Notes under the pieces: model-generated
Databases searched by the model: none
The model's input: the letters and a program-made list of their open reading frames with translations, nothing else
What the model was told of the DNA's origin: nothing
Program-made: the position numbers and the translations under genes
Source: Thermoanaerobaculia bacterium
GTDB lineage: Bacteria > Acidobacteriota > Thermoanaerobaculia > Multivoradales > UBA5704
Reading direction: 5' to 3'
NCBI GenBank assembly: GCA_035949675.1
Contig: DASZHY010000092.1
Location: forward strand, 3,851-67,850
DNA length: 64,000 bases
Part shown: positions 54,974 through 63,700 of the stretch, in pieces
Layout: each line of letters begins with the position of its first letter
How positions within the stretch are numbered: the stretch's first letter is position 1

Positions 54974-56113
54974 ATGAGCAGAAAACGTGTGTTGATCGCC
55001 GGCGCCGGCGGCATGGGGAGCGCGGTAGGGCTGCTGCTGCGCGAGCTGGGGACCTTCGACGTCGACCTGTTCGTCGGCGACTCGGACCTGGGCCGGGCGG
55101 AGGCCGCGGCAGCATGGATCCGCGAGGGCTCGCGGCAGCCGGGCGAGGTGCGGTCCTTCCACCTGCCGGCGGCCGGATGCTCGCCCGAGCTCGAGCAGGC
55201 CCTCGCGGCCTCGGACCTGCTGCTGGATTGCCTGCCGGGCAAGGAGGCTCCGCGGATGGCGCGGCTCGCCCTGAAGCACCGCCTGCATTACGCCAACCTC
55301 ACCGAGCACGTGCGCGAAACCAACGCGGTGATCGAGATCGCCGGCGGCTCCGCGCAGGGTTTCGTGCTGCAGACCGGTCTTGCGCCGGGCTTCATCGACG
55401 TCCTGGCCAATGGCCTGTTCCAGCGCTTCTGCCGGGAACACCAGGTCACGACCGCCGCCGCGGTGCAGATGCGCGTCGGAGCGCTCACCACGACCGCCCG
55501 GCCGCCGCACTACTATGGTTTCACCTGGAGCTCGATCGGCGTCGCCACCGAGTACGTCGAGCCAGCCACCGTCATCCGCGACGGCAAGCGCACGACCCGC
55601 CCGTCCCTCTCCGACCGCGAGACCATCCTCATCCACGGCGTGCTCTACGAGGAGGCCCTCACCTCGGGCGGCGCCGCGGACCTGCCGCAGGTCCTGGCCG
55701 GTCGGGTCGACCGGCTCGACTACAAGACCTTGCGCTATCCCGGCCACTACGCGTGGGTCCAATCGATCCTCGACGAGGCGCCTGCCGGCATCGATCGCGC
55801 CGACTACCTGCTGCGGCGCATGGAGCAGGAGGTGCCGTACGTCGACGACGACCTGGTGGCGACCTACGCCGCCGTCGAGGGCAGGGCCGCCGACGGCTCC
55901 ATGCGCCGGCTCGAGGATGCACGGGTGATCCGCCCCTGCCGCATCGGCACGCGCAACCTGAAGGCGATCCAGGCCACCACCGCCGCCGGGCTCGCCGAGT
56001 CCGCCCGCCTGCTGCTCGAGGATGAGTGTCACGGGATCTGCCTGCAAAGCCAGATCGATCCCGAGCACTTCCTGAGCGGTCCCTTCGTCAGCACCATCTA
56101 CGGTCTGCGCTGA
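54974..56113 (+). CDS. Saccharopine dehydrogenase (NAD-binding)-family oxidoreductase
   Basis: VLIAGAGGMGSAVGLLL is a Rossmann motif, and a Sacchrp_dh-like C-terminus follows (TAVQMRVGALTTTARPPHYYGFTWS). Confidence 0.75.
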   Translation: MSRKRVLIAGAGGMGSAVGLLLRELGTFDVDLFVGDSDLGRAEAAAAWIREGSRQPGEVRSFHLPAAGCSPELEQALAASDLLLDCLPGKEAPRMARLALKHRLHYANLTEHVRETNAVIEIAGGSAQGFVLQTGLAPGFIDVLANGLFQRFCREHQVTTAAAVQMRVGALTTTARPPHYYGFTWSSIGVATEYVEPATVIRDGKRTTRPSLSDRETILIHGVLYEEALTSGGAADLPQVLAGRVDRLDYKTLRYPGHYAWVQSILDEAPAGIDRADYLLRRMEQEVPYVDDDLVATYAAVEGRAADGSMRRLEDARVIRPCRIGTRNLKAIQATTAAGLAESARLLLEDECHGICLQSQIDPEHFLSGPFVSTIYGLR

Positions 56114-56530
56114 CCGGGCCGCCTCCCTCCAGGCGGCAACCGGTCATTCGAGCTGAATTGGTCGCTGACCGGCCGTCTTCCGCCCAGCTGGCACCCGCCC
56201 GGACGCACCGCATCCGACCCTCGGCCCGGCATGTCAATTTGACACCAATTCTGCTTGGTACTTTGTGGGAACGACCACGGCACAGGCCTGGGAAAGCCTT
56301 GTAACGCCGCGTTACGATCGTGTAAACATTTTCAAACCGCTAATAACAAAGGACTTATACGGACTGCACAAAGATCTGTTCAAAGCGTGTCAAACCGCTG
56401 TCGCACCGCGCATTTTTCTTCCGTCCTGACGACTTTCCCACAAGGTTTTCCGCAGGATCTGTGGAGAATCCGCAGTGCGGTGTCAGGTGATCACAGTTTG
56501 ATCAGGTACCGCCCAAAAAATGACCATTGC

Positions 56531-58690
56531 TCAACTTGCCGGCCCACAGCTCCGTGTGGCGAAGCGCGCGCCATCGGTGCTCCGCAACGAGGTCGCCGGC
56601 GGCATGTCCAGGCCCTCGATCAGACTTTCCCGCAACCTGACGAGCTGCCACCGCGCCAACCAGGGAAGCCGCCGGAAGAGATGGAGAGACGTTGCCTGGG
56701 TGAAGACCCCGGCATCGATGATCAGCTCCTGGCGCACGATCGCGCCGCGGCGCGCAGCCGGCCCGGGCGCGGCATGCAGCAGCGCCAGCTTCCATCCGGC
56801 ATCGAGGCCCGGCCACCGGCGAGCTTCTTCCAGCACCTGGCGGAAGAGCGGCTCGCGCCCCTCCCAGAAGGTGGCAGCCATCAGTCGCGGCTCGGCGAGG
56901 AGGGCGCGGGCGCCGAGCCGCGGCGCTGCGGTGGCGGCGGGCGCCGAGGCCATCAGGTAAAAAGCTGGGAAGGGCGAGAGCGGGTCGAGCGCGCAGCCCT
57001 GCTCCAAGGCTGCCGGCGCCCAGACCTCGCCGTCGGCCCGCCCGAGGATGCCGGCGACCAACCACAGCAGGCCCACTCCCTGCGCGTCTCGGGCCGCGGT
57101 CAACGCGAGGGCGGCGGCGCCGGGCCCCGTCCCTGAGCCGGCCCGCAGCAGAGCCAGCCGCATGCGGTAGAGCGGGAACCGCGGGTCCAGGCGGACGGCG
57201 GCGGTCAGCTCCGACTCGGCGGCCGGCCGCCGGCCGGCCTGACCCGCAGCCACCGCTCGGTCGTAGTGCCAGCGCGCGATCTCCGGCGGCAGCAATGCGG
57301 TCGCCACCGCCAGGCCATAGACACAGGCCGCCTTGCTCAGCCGGAACCGCGGCTCCTCCGCGCCCGGACCGGCAATTGCCGCGCCGCCGGCCAGCGCCGC
57401 GCCGGCTGCTGCCGCCAGCGCCAGCGGCAGTGCCGGGACGGCGATGGCCGCCGTGCCCAGCCAGGCCGCGGCGGCCCCGGCGAGACCGAGACAGCCGGCG
57501 GCGAGCAGCCCGCCGTCGGACGCTGCGCGCCGCTCGGTCCACCGTCGCGCCAGGAATGAGCCGCCGGTGATCAGCACGCACAGGAGACCCAGGGCTCCGG
57601 TCTCGTACGCCAGCTGCACCGGCAGCGAGTGCAGCTCGCCGACCGCTTCGCCCCACGGGTTGAGGCCGGGCCGCGGCACCAGGAACCAGCCAGCCGTCCA
57701 TGGCACCGAGCCAGGGCCCCAGCCCAGCCATGGCCGCTCGCGCCAGCCGTTCCAGCCAGCCTGGATGTAGACCCCCCGTGCCAGCACGGAAGCGTCATGC
57801 CCGGCGGCGATCCGTGCCGCCCGCGGCAGCTGCGACGCCGCCAGGACCAGGCCCAGCAGCACCAGCCCCCCGGCCAGCCGCCGCCGGGCTCGCCAGCCGG
57901 CGCCGGCCCGCGGATCGCCACCGCCAGCTGGATCGGCTTCGCCAGCCCCTGGACGGGCCTTCGGCGACGGCGCCCTGGCAGCCCGACCCACCACCCAGAG
58001 CGCCGCCGCCAGCGCCTCGCAGGCCAGCCCCGCTCCGCCGGCCAGCGACCGGCCGGCCATCACGCCCGCCACGCCGAGCGCGCCGGCGCCGGCTCCCAGC
58101 CAGCGCCAGGCGGTCTTCTCGCGCAGCGTCAGCAGCGCGATGGGCAGCAGGGTCACCAGCCAGGTCGCGAGCAACGTGTGATGCCCGAGCGGCGCCAGGG
58201 AGGCGCCGACTCCTGGCCCGGGGGTCGCCGGTCCTCCCCCCGCGCCGGCCGCGGGCTCGCTCGCGCCGGGACCGACCTCGCCCCCGCCGCGTTGCGCGAA
58301 CAGCGCCCAGGCGGCAAGCAGGGCGACCGCGGCTGCCATGCCCCGCGCTCCCAGGCGCCTGGCGGCCCTGCCTTGCCAGCATCTGGCGATCGCTGCCGGC
58401 AGGCAGAGGTAGGCCGGCAGCAGCACCACCGCCTCCAGCCCGGCCCGGGGTACCGGCGACAGCCAGGCGCTGGCCGCTGCCCCGAACCACAGCCCGAGCG
58501 GCGCCAGCCGCCAGGTGCGCCCCAGCCGCAACGGGTCGCGCCACGGCCCGCCGCAGGCCGCCAGCGTCAGCAACAGCGCCCCGAGCGCCGTCACGCTCCC
58601 AGCGGCCGTCACGCCGCCGAGCAAGTTGCCGCACCAGCCGGCGAAGAGCGCCGCCAGCATGGCCGGGACCAGCCCCACCCAGGCCCCCAT
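56531..58690 (-). CDS. O-antigen ligase/polymerase (Wzy_C) family membrane protein with C-terminal TPR-like repeats
   Basis: The polytopic membrane N-terminal part carries the Wzy_C signature ...GELHSLPVQLAYETGALG. The C-terminal half is soluble and helical. The start is at the internal Met MGAWVG. Confidence 0.55.
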   Translation of the reverse strand: MGAWVGLVPAMLAALFAGWCGNLLGGVTAAGSVTALGALLLTLAACGGPWRDPLRLGRTWRLAPLGLWFGAAASAWLSPVPRAGLEAVVLLPAYLCLPAAIARCWQGRAARRLGARGMAAAVALLAAWALFAQRGGGEVGPGASEPAAGAGGGPATPGPGVGASLAPLGHHTLLATWLVTLLPIALLTLREKTAWRWLGAGAGALGVAGVMAGRSLAGGAGLACEALAAALWVVGRAARAPSPKARPGAGEADPAGGGDPRAGAGWRARRRLAGGLVLLGLVLAASQLPRAARIAAGHDASVLARGVYIQAGWNGWRERPWLGWGPGSVPWTAGWFLVPRPGLNPWGEAVGELHSLPVQLAYETGALGLLCVLITGGSFLARRWTERRAASDGGLLAAGCLGLAGAAAAWLGTAAIAVPALPLALAAAAGAALAGGAAIAGPGAEEPRFRLSKAACVYGLAVATALLPPEIARWHYDRAVAAGQAGRRPAAESELTAAVRLDPRFPLYRMRLALLRAGSGTGPGAAALALTAARDAQGVGLLWLVAGILGRADGEVWAPAALEQGCALDPLSPFPAFYLMASAPAATAAPRLGARALLAEPRLMAATFWEGREPLFRQVLEEARRWPGLDAGWKLALLHAAPGPAARRGAIVRQELIIDAGVFTQATSLHLFRRLPWLARWQLVRLRESLIEGLDMPPATSLRSTDGARFATRSCGPAS

Positions 58691-58890
58691 GGAGCGCGAT
58701 TCTACGCGGCGGGCCCGCGGCAGGCCCCGCGGGAGGCACGAGAGGCGCCGGAGGCGCGGGTGGCGCGCGTGGCGCCGGAGGCGCGGGTGGCGCCGGAGAC
58801 GCCGGAGAACGACAGGGTGCGATATCCTTTCGCTTTCCCGGCGGCGAGCCTTGGCCGGCGGGCATTTCTGGCATCCAGGAGAGCGCAAAG

Positions 58891-60468
58891 ATGACTGTCG
58901 ATACCGCGGCCCATGCGGCCCATGCCGCCCATGCGGCACATGCCGCAGATATTGCCGAGACCCTTAGCCCTCTCGGCCTCGAGGCCGAGAACCCGGGCGC
59001 CTTCGACGGCGGCTGGATCCAAACCACGGGCGAGTGGGTCGAATCGATCAACCCGGCGACCGGTGAGCCGATCGCCGCGGTGCGCCTCGCCACCGTCGAC
59101 GAATACGAGCGAGTGGCGGCGGCGTCCGAGGCGGCCTTCCACGAGTGGCGGACCTGGCCCGCGCCGCGGCGCGGCGAGGTGGTGCGCCAGCTCGGCGACG
59201 AGCTGCGCCGCCACAAGCAGGAGCTCGGGCGCCTGGTGTCGCTCGAGGTTGGCAAGGTGCTCTCCGAGGGCCTGGGCGAGGTCCAGGAGATGATCGACAT
59301 GGCCGACCTGGCGGTCGGCATGTCGCGCCAGCTCTACGGCCTGACCATGCACTCCGAGCGGCCGTTGCACCGGATGTACGAGCAATGGCATCCGCTCGGG
59401 CCGGTGGGCGTGATCACCGCCTTCAACTTCCCGGTGGCGGTGTGGGCATGGAACTCCACCGTCGCCGCGGTGTGCGGCGACTCGGTGCTGTGGAAACCCT
59501 CTCACCAGGCGCCGCTCACCGCCCTCGCGGTCACCCGCATCGCGGCGCGGGTGCTGGCGGCCAACTCCGCGCCGCCGATCTTCAACCTGTTGCTGGCCGG
59601 CCGTGACGGCGCCGCCCAGCGCCTGGTCGCCGACCGCCGCTTCCCGCTCATCTCCGCCACCGGCTCGGTCAAGATGGGCCGCGAGATCGGCAAGGTACTG
59701 GCCGACCGGCTGGGCCGTTCGCTGCTCGAGCTGGGCGGCAACAACGGCATCCTGGTGCTCGACGATGCCGACCTCGACCTCGCCCTGCGCGCCGTCCTCT
59801 TTGCCGCCGTCGGCACCGCCGGCCAGCGCTGCACCACCACCCGCCGCCTGTTCTTGCAGCGCGGCATCGCCGCCGAGATGAAGGCGCGCCTGGTCGCCGC
59901 CTACCGGTCGATCTCGATCGGCGATCCCCTGGCGCCCGGCACGCTGATGGGTCCGCTGATCGACCAGCACGCGGTGGACAACATGCTGCGGGCACTCGAC
60001 AGGGTGCAGGCCGAGGACGGAAGGATCCTGTACGGCGGTCACGCCCGACCCGGCCCGGGTTACTTCGTGGAGCCGACCCTGGTCGAGGCCCGCGCCGAGA
60101 TGCGCATCACCTGTGAAGAGACCTTCGCGCCGATCCTCTATCTCTTCGAGTTCGACGACCTCGACGAGGCCATCCGCATGCACAACGCCGTGCCCCAGGG
60201 CCTCTCCTCGGCCATCTTCACGCTCAACGTCCGGGCCGCGGAGCGTTTCCTGGCCGCCACCGGCAGCGACTGCGGCATCGCCAACGTCAACATCGGGACC
60301 TCCGGAGCGGAGATCGGCGGCGCCTTCGGCGGCGAGAAGGAGACCGGCGGCGGCCGCGAAGCCGGCTCCGACTCCTGGAAAACCTACATGCGCCGCCAGA
60401 CCTGCACCCTCAACTGGGGCACCGACCTGCCGCTGGCCCAGGGAGTCGAGTTCAAGGTCGGGGACTGA
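58891..60468 (+). CDS. Aldehyde dehydrogenase, alpha-aminoadipic semialdehyde/piperideine-6-carboxylate dehydrogenase (ALDH7) type
   Basis: The ALDH catalytic Cys motif (GTAGQRCTTTRR) and ELGGNN are present. The N-terminus carries a (HA)n repeat MTVDTAAHAAHAAHAAHAAD. Coordinates are taken from the ORF track. My manual base count was off by one near 58860-58920. Confidence 0.85.
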   Translation: MTVDTAAHAAHAAHAAHAADIAETLSPLGLEAENPGAFDGGWIQTTGEWVESINPATGEPIAAVRLATVDEYERVAAASEAAFHEWRTWPAPRRGEVVRQLGDELRRHKQELGRLVSLEVGKVLSEGLGEVQEMIDMADLAVGMSRQLYGLTMHSERPLHRMYEQWHPLGPVGVITAFNFPVAVWAWNSTVAAVCGDSVLWKPSHQAPLTALAVTRIAARVLAANSAPPIFNLLLAGRDGAAQRLVADRRFPLISATGSVKMGREIGKVLADRLGRSLLELGGNNGILVLDDADLDLALRAVLFAAVGTAGQRCTTTRRLFLQRGIAAEMKARLVAAYRSISIGDPLAPGTLMGPLIDQHAVDNMLRALDRVQAEDGRILYGGHARPGPGYFVEPTLVEARAEMRITCEETFAPILYLFEFDDLDEAIRMHNAVPQGLSSAIFTLNVRAAERFLAATGSDCGIANVNIGTSGAEIGGAFGGEKETGGGREAGSDSWKTYMRRQTCTLNWGTDLPLAQGVEFKVGD

Positions 60469-60496
60469 TCAATAGCCCTGGCGCGGTGCCGGCTCC

Positions 60497-61411
60497 TCAG
60501 GCCACCACCCGCAGGGCTCCCGGCATCACCTCGACGGCGAACGGCTGGCCGGCGGCTTTGGTGGCCACCGGCTCGCCGCCGCCGTAGAGGGTCATCTCGC
60601 GATCGAGGGTGATCTCGACCTTCCGGGTGCGGACGATCTGGATCGCGGGGTGGTTGACGTGGGTGCCGCGGTAGACCTTGGGGAAGACCGCGAGCAGGCG
60701 CAGCCGGGACAGCTCGCGCACGATCACCAGGTCGAGCCAGCCGTCGTCGGGCAGTGCCGCCGGAGCGATCCGCATGCCGCCGCCGAAGCGGGGGAGGTTG
60801 GCGACCACGGCGAACATCGCCCGCCCCTCGAAGGTTCCGGCGTCATGGACGACGCGCATCGCCGGCGGCTTGAAGGTCGCCAGGGTGTGCAGCACCGCAT
60901 AGACGTAGACCAGCGGCCCGCGCAGGCGCTTCACCTCCTCGTTGGCGAAGCGCGTCACCACCGAGTCGAAGCCCACGCCGGCGTAGCCGATGCAGACCGT
61001 CTCTCCGACCCGCGCCAGGTCCAGTTGACGCACGCCGCCGGCGAGCGCGCGCGCCGCGGCCGCTTCGAGGTCATGCGGGATGCCCAGCGTACCGGCCAGG
61101 TCGTTGCCGGTGCCGAGCGGCACCACTCCCAGCGCGCAGGGGCTCCCCGCCAGGCCCTGGGCCGCCTGGTGCATGGTGCCGTCGCCGCCGGCAACCACCA
61201 GCCGCGCCACCCCGTCCTCGACGGCGCGCCGCGCCTGCACGGCGATGTCGGCGCCGCTCTTGCTGACCACCAGCCCGGCGCCGGCCGCCGAGGCCAGCAC
61301 CCGCAGCCGGGCCAGTCGCGCCGCCGCCCCCCAGCGTCCTGCCGCCGGATTGAGGAGGAAGCGCACCGGTCCGGTGGCTGAAGACGGCGCGTCCGAAGCT
61401 CCCGCGCTCAA
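60497..61411 (-). CDS. Diacylglycerol kinase catalytic-domain lipid kinase (YegS/DgkA-like)
   Basis: VVAGGDGTMHQAAQGL...VPLGTGNDLAGTLGIP is the DAGK_cat motif. The proposed TTG start is preceded by GGGAGG. The N-terminal part of track ORF 60497..61942 overlaps the ferredoxin gene antisense and is unlikely to be coding. Confidence 0.65.
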   Translation of the reverse strand: MSAGASDAPSSATGPVRFLLNPAAGRWGAAARLARLRVLASAAGAGLVVSKSGADIAVQARRAVEDGVARLVVAGGDGTMHQAAQGLAGSPCALGVVPLGTGNDLAGTLGIPHDLEAAAARALAGGVRQLDLARVGETVCIGYAGVGFDSVVTRFANEEVKRLRGPLVYVYAVLHTLATFKPPAMRVVHDAGTFEGRAMFAVVANLPRFGGGMRIAPAALPDDGWLDLVIVRELSRLRLLAVFPKVYRGTHVNHPAIQIVRTRKVEITLDREMTLYGGGEPVATKAAGQPFAVEVMPGALRVVA

Positions 61412-61546
61412 GTCACCTCCCAGGGAGAGACCGGCAGACGCTACCACAGCTATAAGCGGCCCTCCCTCGCTATTGATCGCCGGCGGGCGGCGGCCGCGGC
61501 GGGGCGCCGGGGCGGCGGGCGGCGGCTGCCGGGCTATGATCGCGGC

Positions 61547-61876
61547 ATGCCCCATCCACAGATCCAGATCCTGGTCTGCCTCAACGAGCGGCCGCCCGAG
61601 GCCCCCAAGCCCAGCTGCTCCCGCCGCGGCTCGCTCGAGGTCTACAACCGCTTCAAGGACCGGGTGCGCGAGCTCGGCATGCGCGACCGGGTGATGGTCA
61701 CCCGCACCGGCTGCCTCAAGCACTGCAGCCGCGGCATCACGGTCGCCGTCTGGCCCTACAACCTCTGGTACAGCGCCGTCACCGTCGAAGACGTCGACGA
61801 GATCCTGACCACCACGGTGGCCGGCGGCGGCAAGGAGGTCGAGCGCCTGCGCATGCCCGACATCCCGTGGGAGTAA
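61547..61876 (+). CDS. Thioredoxin-like [2Fe-2S] ferredoxin
   Basis: ILVCLNERPPEAPKPSCSRRGSLEVY...TGCLKHCSRGITVAVWPYNLWYSAVTVEDVDEIL shows the CX4C...CX3C pattern of Trx-like ferredoxins. Confidence 0.75.
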   Translation: MPHPQIQILVCLNERPPEAPKPSCSRRGSLEVYNRFKDRVRELGMRDRVMVTRTGCLKHCSRGITVAVWPYNLWYSAVTVEDVDEILTTTVAGGGKEVERLRMPDIPWE

Positions 61877-61953
61877 CGCGGCGGTAACATCCCGCCCCTT
61901 GCAGCGCCTCATCCCAAGGAGGGCTGCACATCCGGTCGACAAGGAGGTCGCTC

Positions 61954-62883
61954 ATGGTCTTCGCCTTCAGCAGGTACAGGCGGCGCGGCAGGCCGCTGCT
62001 TCGAGGATTGCTGCTGTCTGGGGCGCTGCTGCTCGCGCCTGCCGCTGCCGCGCAGGCCACTGTGTCGGTGATCTACAACTGTCCGAGCTCCGGTAGCTCG
62101 GGCAACCACGACTCCGTGGCCAACGGGTTCTACGTACAGAACCTCAACGCCGTGAACCTGCACTCGGTCGTGATCGACTACACGACCGACACGGACGGCA
62201 CCTACACACTCCAGCTGACCGCCAGGGACGGCTCCTACGCCGGCCCGCAGATCGGTTCGACACAGACTCAGATGGTGAACCTGAGCAGCGGCGCGGACAC
62301 GCCGGTGACCTGGTCTTTCGGCGACGCCGCCTTCACTCCCGGGCACACCCTGGCGTTCACCCACAATTTCGGCGGGCCCGGCGGAGTGCAGTTCAACCTG
62401 CAGGGGACCCTGTGCCCCGGCGACGTCGAGACCGTCGGCACCACCTCCAACTCCAACGGCTTCAGCGTCGCGGTGGCAATCACCGACAACACCCAGAGCG
62501 CGAGCGGCTGCATGCCCGGCAGCCAGACCCTGTGTATCAGCGACCAGCCCGGCGATCACCGGTTTCAGATCACCAGCTCGTTCTCGACCACCCAGGGCGG
62601 CGGTCACTCCGGCAACGGCGGCGCCATCGACCTGACGCCGGTCGGCGTCACCGAGGGCGGCCTCTTCTGGTTCTTCGACTCGGCGAATCCCGAGATGCTG
62701 ATCAAAGTGATCAACGGCTGCGCGATCAACAACCACTTCTGGGTGTTCTACGCCGCGGTCACCAACGTCTCGTTCCAGGTCACGGTGAAAGACACCAAGA
62801 CCGGCCACACCGCGACCTACCACAATCCCGATCTGACCACCGCGGCTCCGATTCAGGACACCTCGGCCCTCACCTGCCCCTGA
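61954..62883 (+). CDS. Secreted protein carrying the same conserved C-terminal domain as the cupredoxin paralogs
   Basis: Signal peptide present. The C-terminus ...GLFWFFDSANPEMLIKVINGCAINNHFWVFYAAVTNVSFQVTVKDTKTGHTATYHNPDLTTAAPIQDTSALTCP* aligns residue-by-residue with the C-termini of 13609..15009 and 28212..29957. Confidence 0.6.
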   Translation: MVFAFSRYRRRGRPLLRGLLLSGALLLAPAAAAQATVSVIYNCPSSGSSGNHDSVANGFYVQNLNAVNLHSVVIDYTTDTDGTYTLQLTARDGSYAGPQIGSTQTQMVNLSSGADTPVTWSFGDAAFTPGHTLAFTHNFGGPGGVQFNLQGTLCPGDVETVGTTSNSNGFSVAVAITDNTQSASGCMPGSQTLCISDQPGDHRFQITSSFSTTQGGGHSGNGGAIDLTPVGVTEGGLFWFFDSANPEMLIKVINGCAINNHFWVFYAAVTNVSFQVTVKDTKTGHTATYHNPDLTTAAPIQDTSALTCP

Positions 62884-62973
62884 GGCGCCGACGGCCGTGA
62901 AGCCGTGAAGGGTGCATGCTCGACAACCGAGACCTCCAATGGTAGACTAACTTAGCTAATCAGTGGGGGCGGT

Positions 62974-63210
62974 ATGGGAGTCTTCAACGTACACGATGCC
63001 AAGACCAACCTCTCCCGGCTGCTCGAGCGAGTCGCCCAGGGCGAAGAGGTCATCATCGCGAAGAGCGGACGGCCCGTGGCGAGGCTGGTCCGAGTTGCCG
63101 CCGAGCCTCGCAAACCTGGGCGCCTCAAGGGTCGCATCCGCGTCGCCCCGGACTTCGATGAGCCGTTGCCGGCGGAGATCCAGGCTGCCTTCCGCGGGGA
63201 AAGGGAGTGA
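62974..63210 (+). CDS. Type II antitoxin, Phd/YefM family
   Basis: MGVFNVHDAKTNLSRLLERVAQGEEVIIAKSGRPVARLV. Confidence 0.8.
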   Translation: MGVFNVHDAKTNLSRLLERVAQGEEVIIAKSGRPVARLVRVAAEPRKPGRLKGRIRVAPDFDEPLPAEIQAAFRGERE

Positions 63211-63587
63211 AGCTCCTGCTGGACAGCCACGCCTTTCTCTGGTGGCTCGCAGGGGATCGTAAGCTCGGTGCCGGAGCCCGGCAGGCGGTGGCTGACCCCG
63301 CCTCGATCGTCCATGTCAGCGCCGCGACGATCTGGGAGCTTGCGATCAAGGCCGCTCTCGGCAAATTGGATCTCGACGGCGCTGATCTGGTCGACGAGAT
63401 CGGGGAAAGCGACTTCGTCGAGCTCCCGATGACGGCGCGTCACGCGCTTGCCGCGGCCCAATTGCCTCGTCACCACGAAGACCCGTTCGACCGCATGCTG
63501 ATCGCCCAGGCTCAGCTCGAGGGCCTGACGCTGATCACCAAGGACAGGGCACTTGGTGCCTACGGGGTCCCCATCCTCCCAACCTGA
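63207..63587 (+). CDS. vapC: PIN-domain toxin VapC
   Basis: VKLLLDSHAFLWW...WELAIKAALGKLDL...DPFDRMLIAQAQLEGLTLITKD. The GTG start overlaps the antitoxin stop (GTGA). Confidence 0.85.
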   Translation: MKLLLDSHAFLWWLAGDRKLGAGARQAVADPASIVHVSAATIWELAIKAALGKLDLDGADLVDEIGESDFVELPMTARHALAAAQLPRHHEDPFDRMLIAQAQLEGLTLITKDRALGAYGVPILPT

Positions 63588-63700
63588 GCTCCCGAGCAAC
63601 AATTCACGGGTTGAGGCTGCCGCCCGGGGTTCGCCTGCCGACCGATGAGTCTGGCCGTGACCCGGGGTCTATAGGGGTGAACTTCAATGGAGGAAAGACC

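Noticed and set aside
56502-57731. Second long minus-strand ORF overlapping the O-antigen-ligase-like gene in another frame, which could indicate a frameshift
   Set aside because: The 56531..58690 frame carries the Wzy_C motif and continuous TM-helix periodicity through the overlap. The other frame is Ala/Arg/Gly-rich noise.
58741-58810. GC-rich tandem repeat GGAGGCGCGGGTGGCGCC upstream of the ligase-like gene as a regulatory array
   Set aside because: There are only about 3 imperfect units in already low-complexity GC-rich DNA. It is not distinguishable from background slippage. It is mentioned only in passing.
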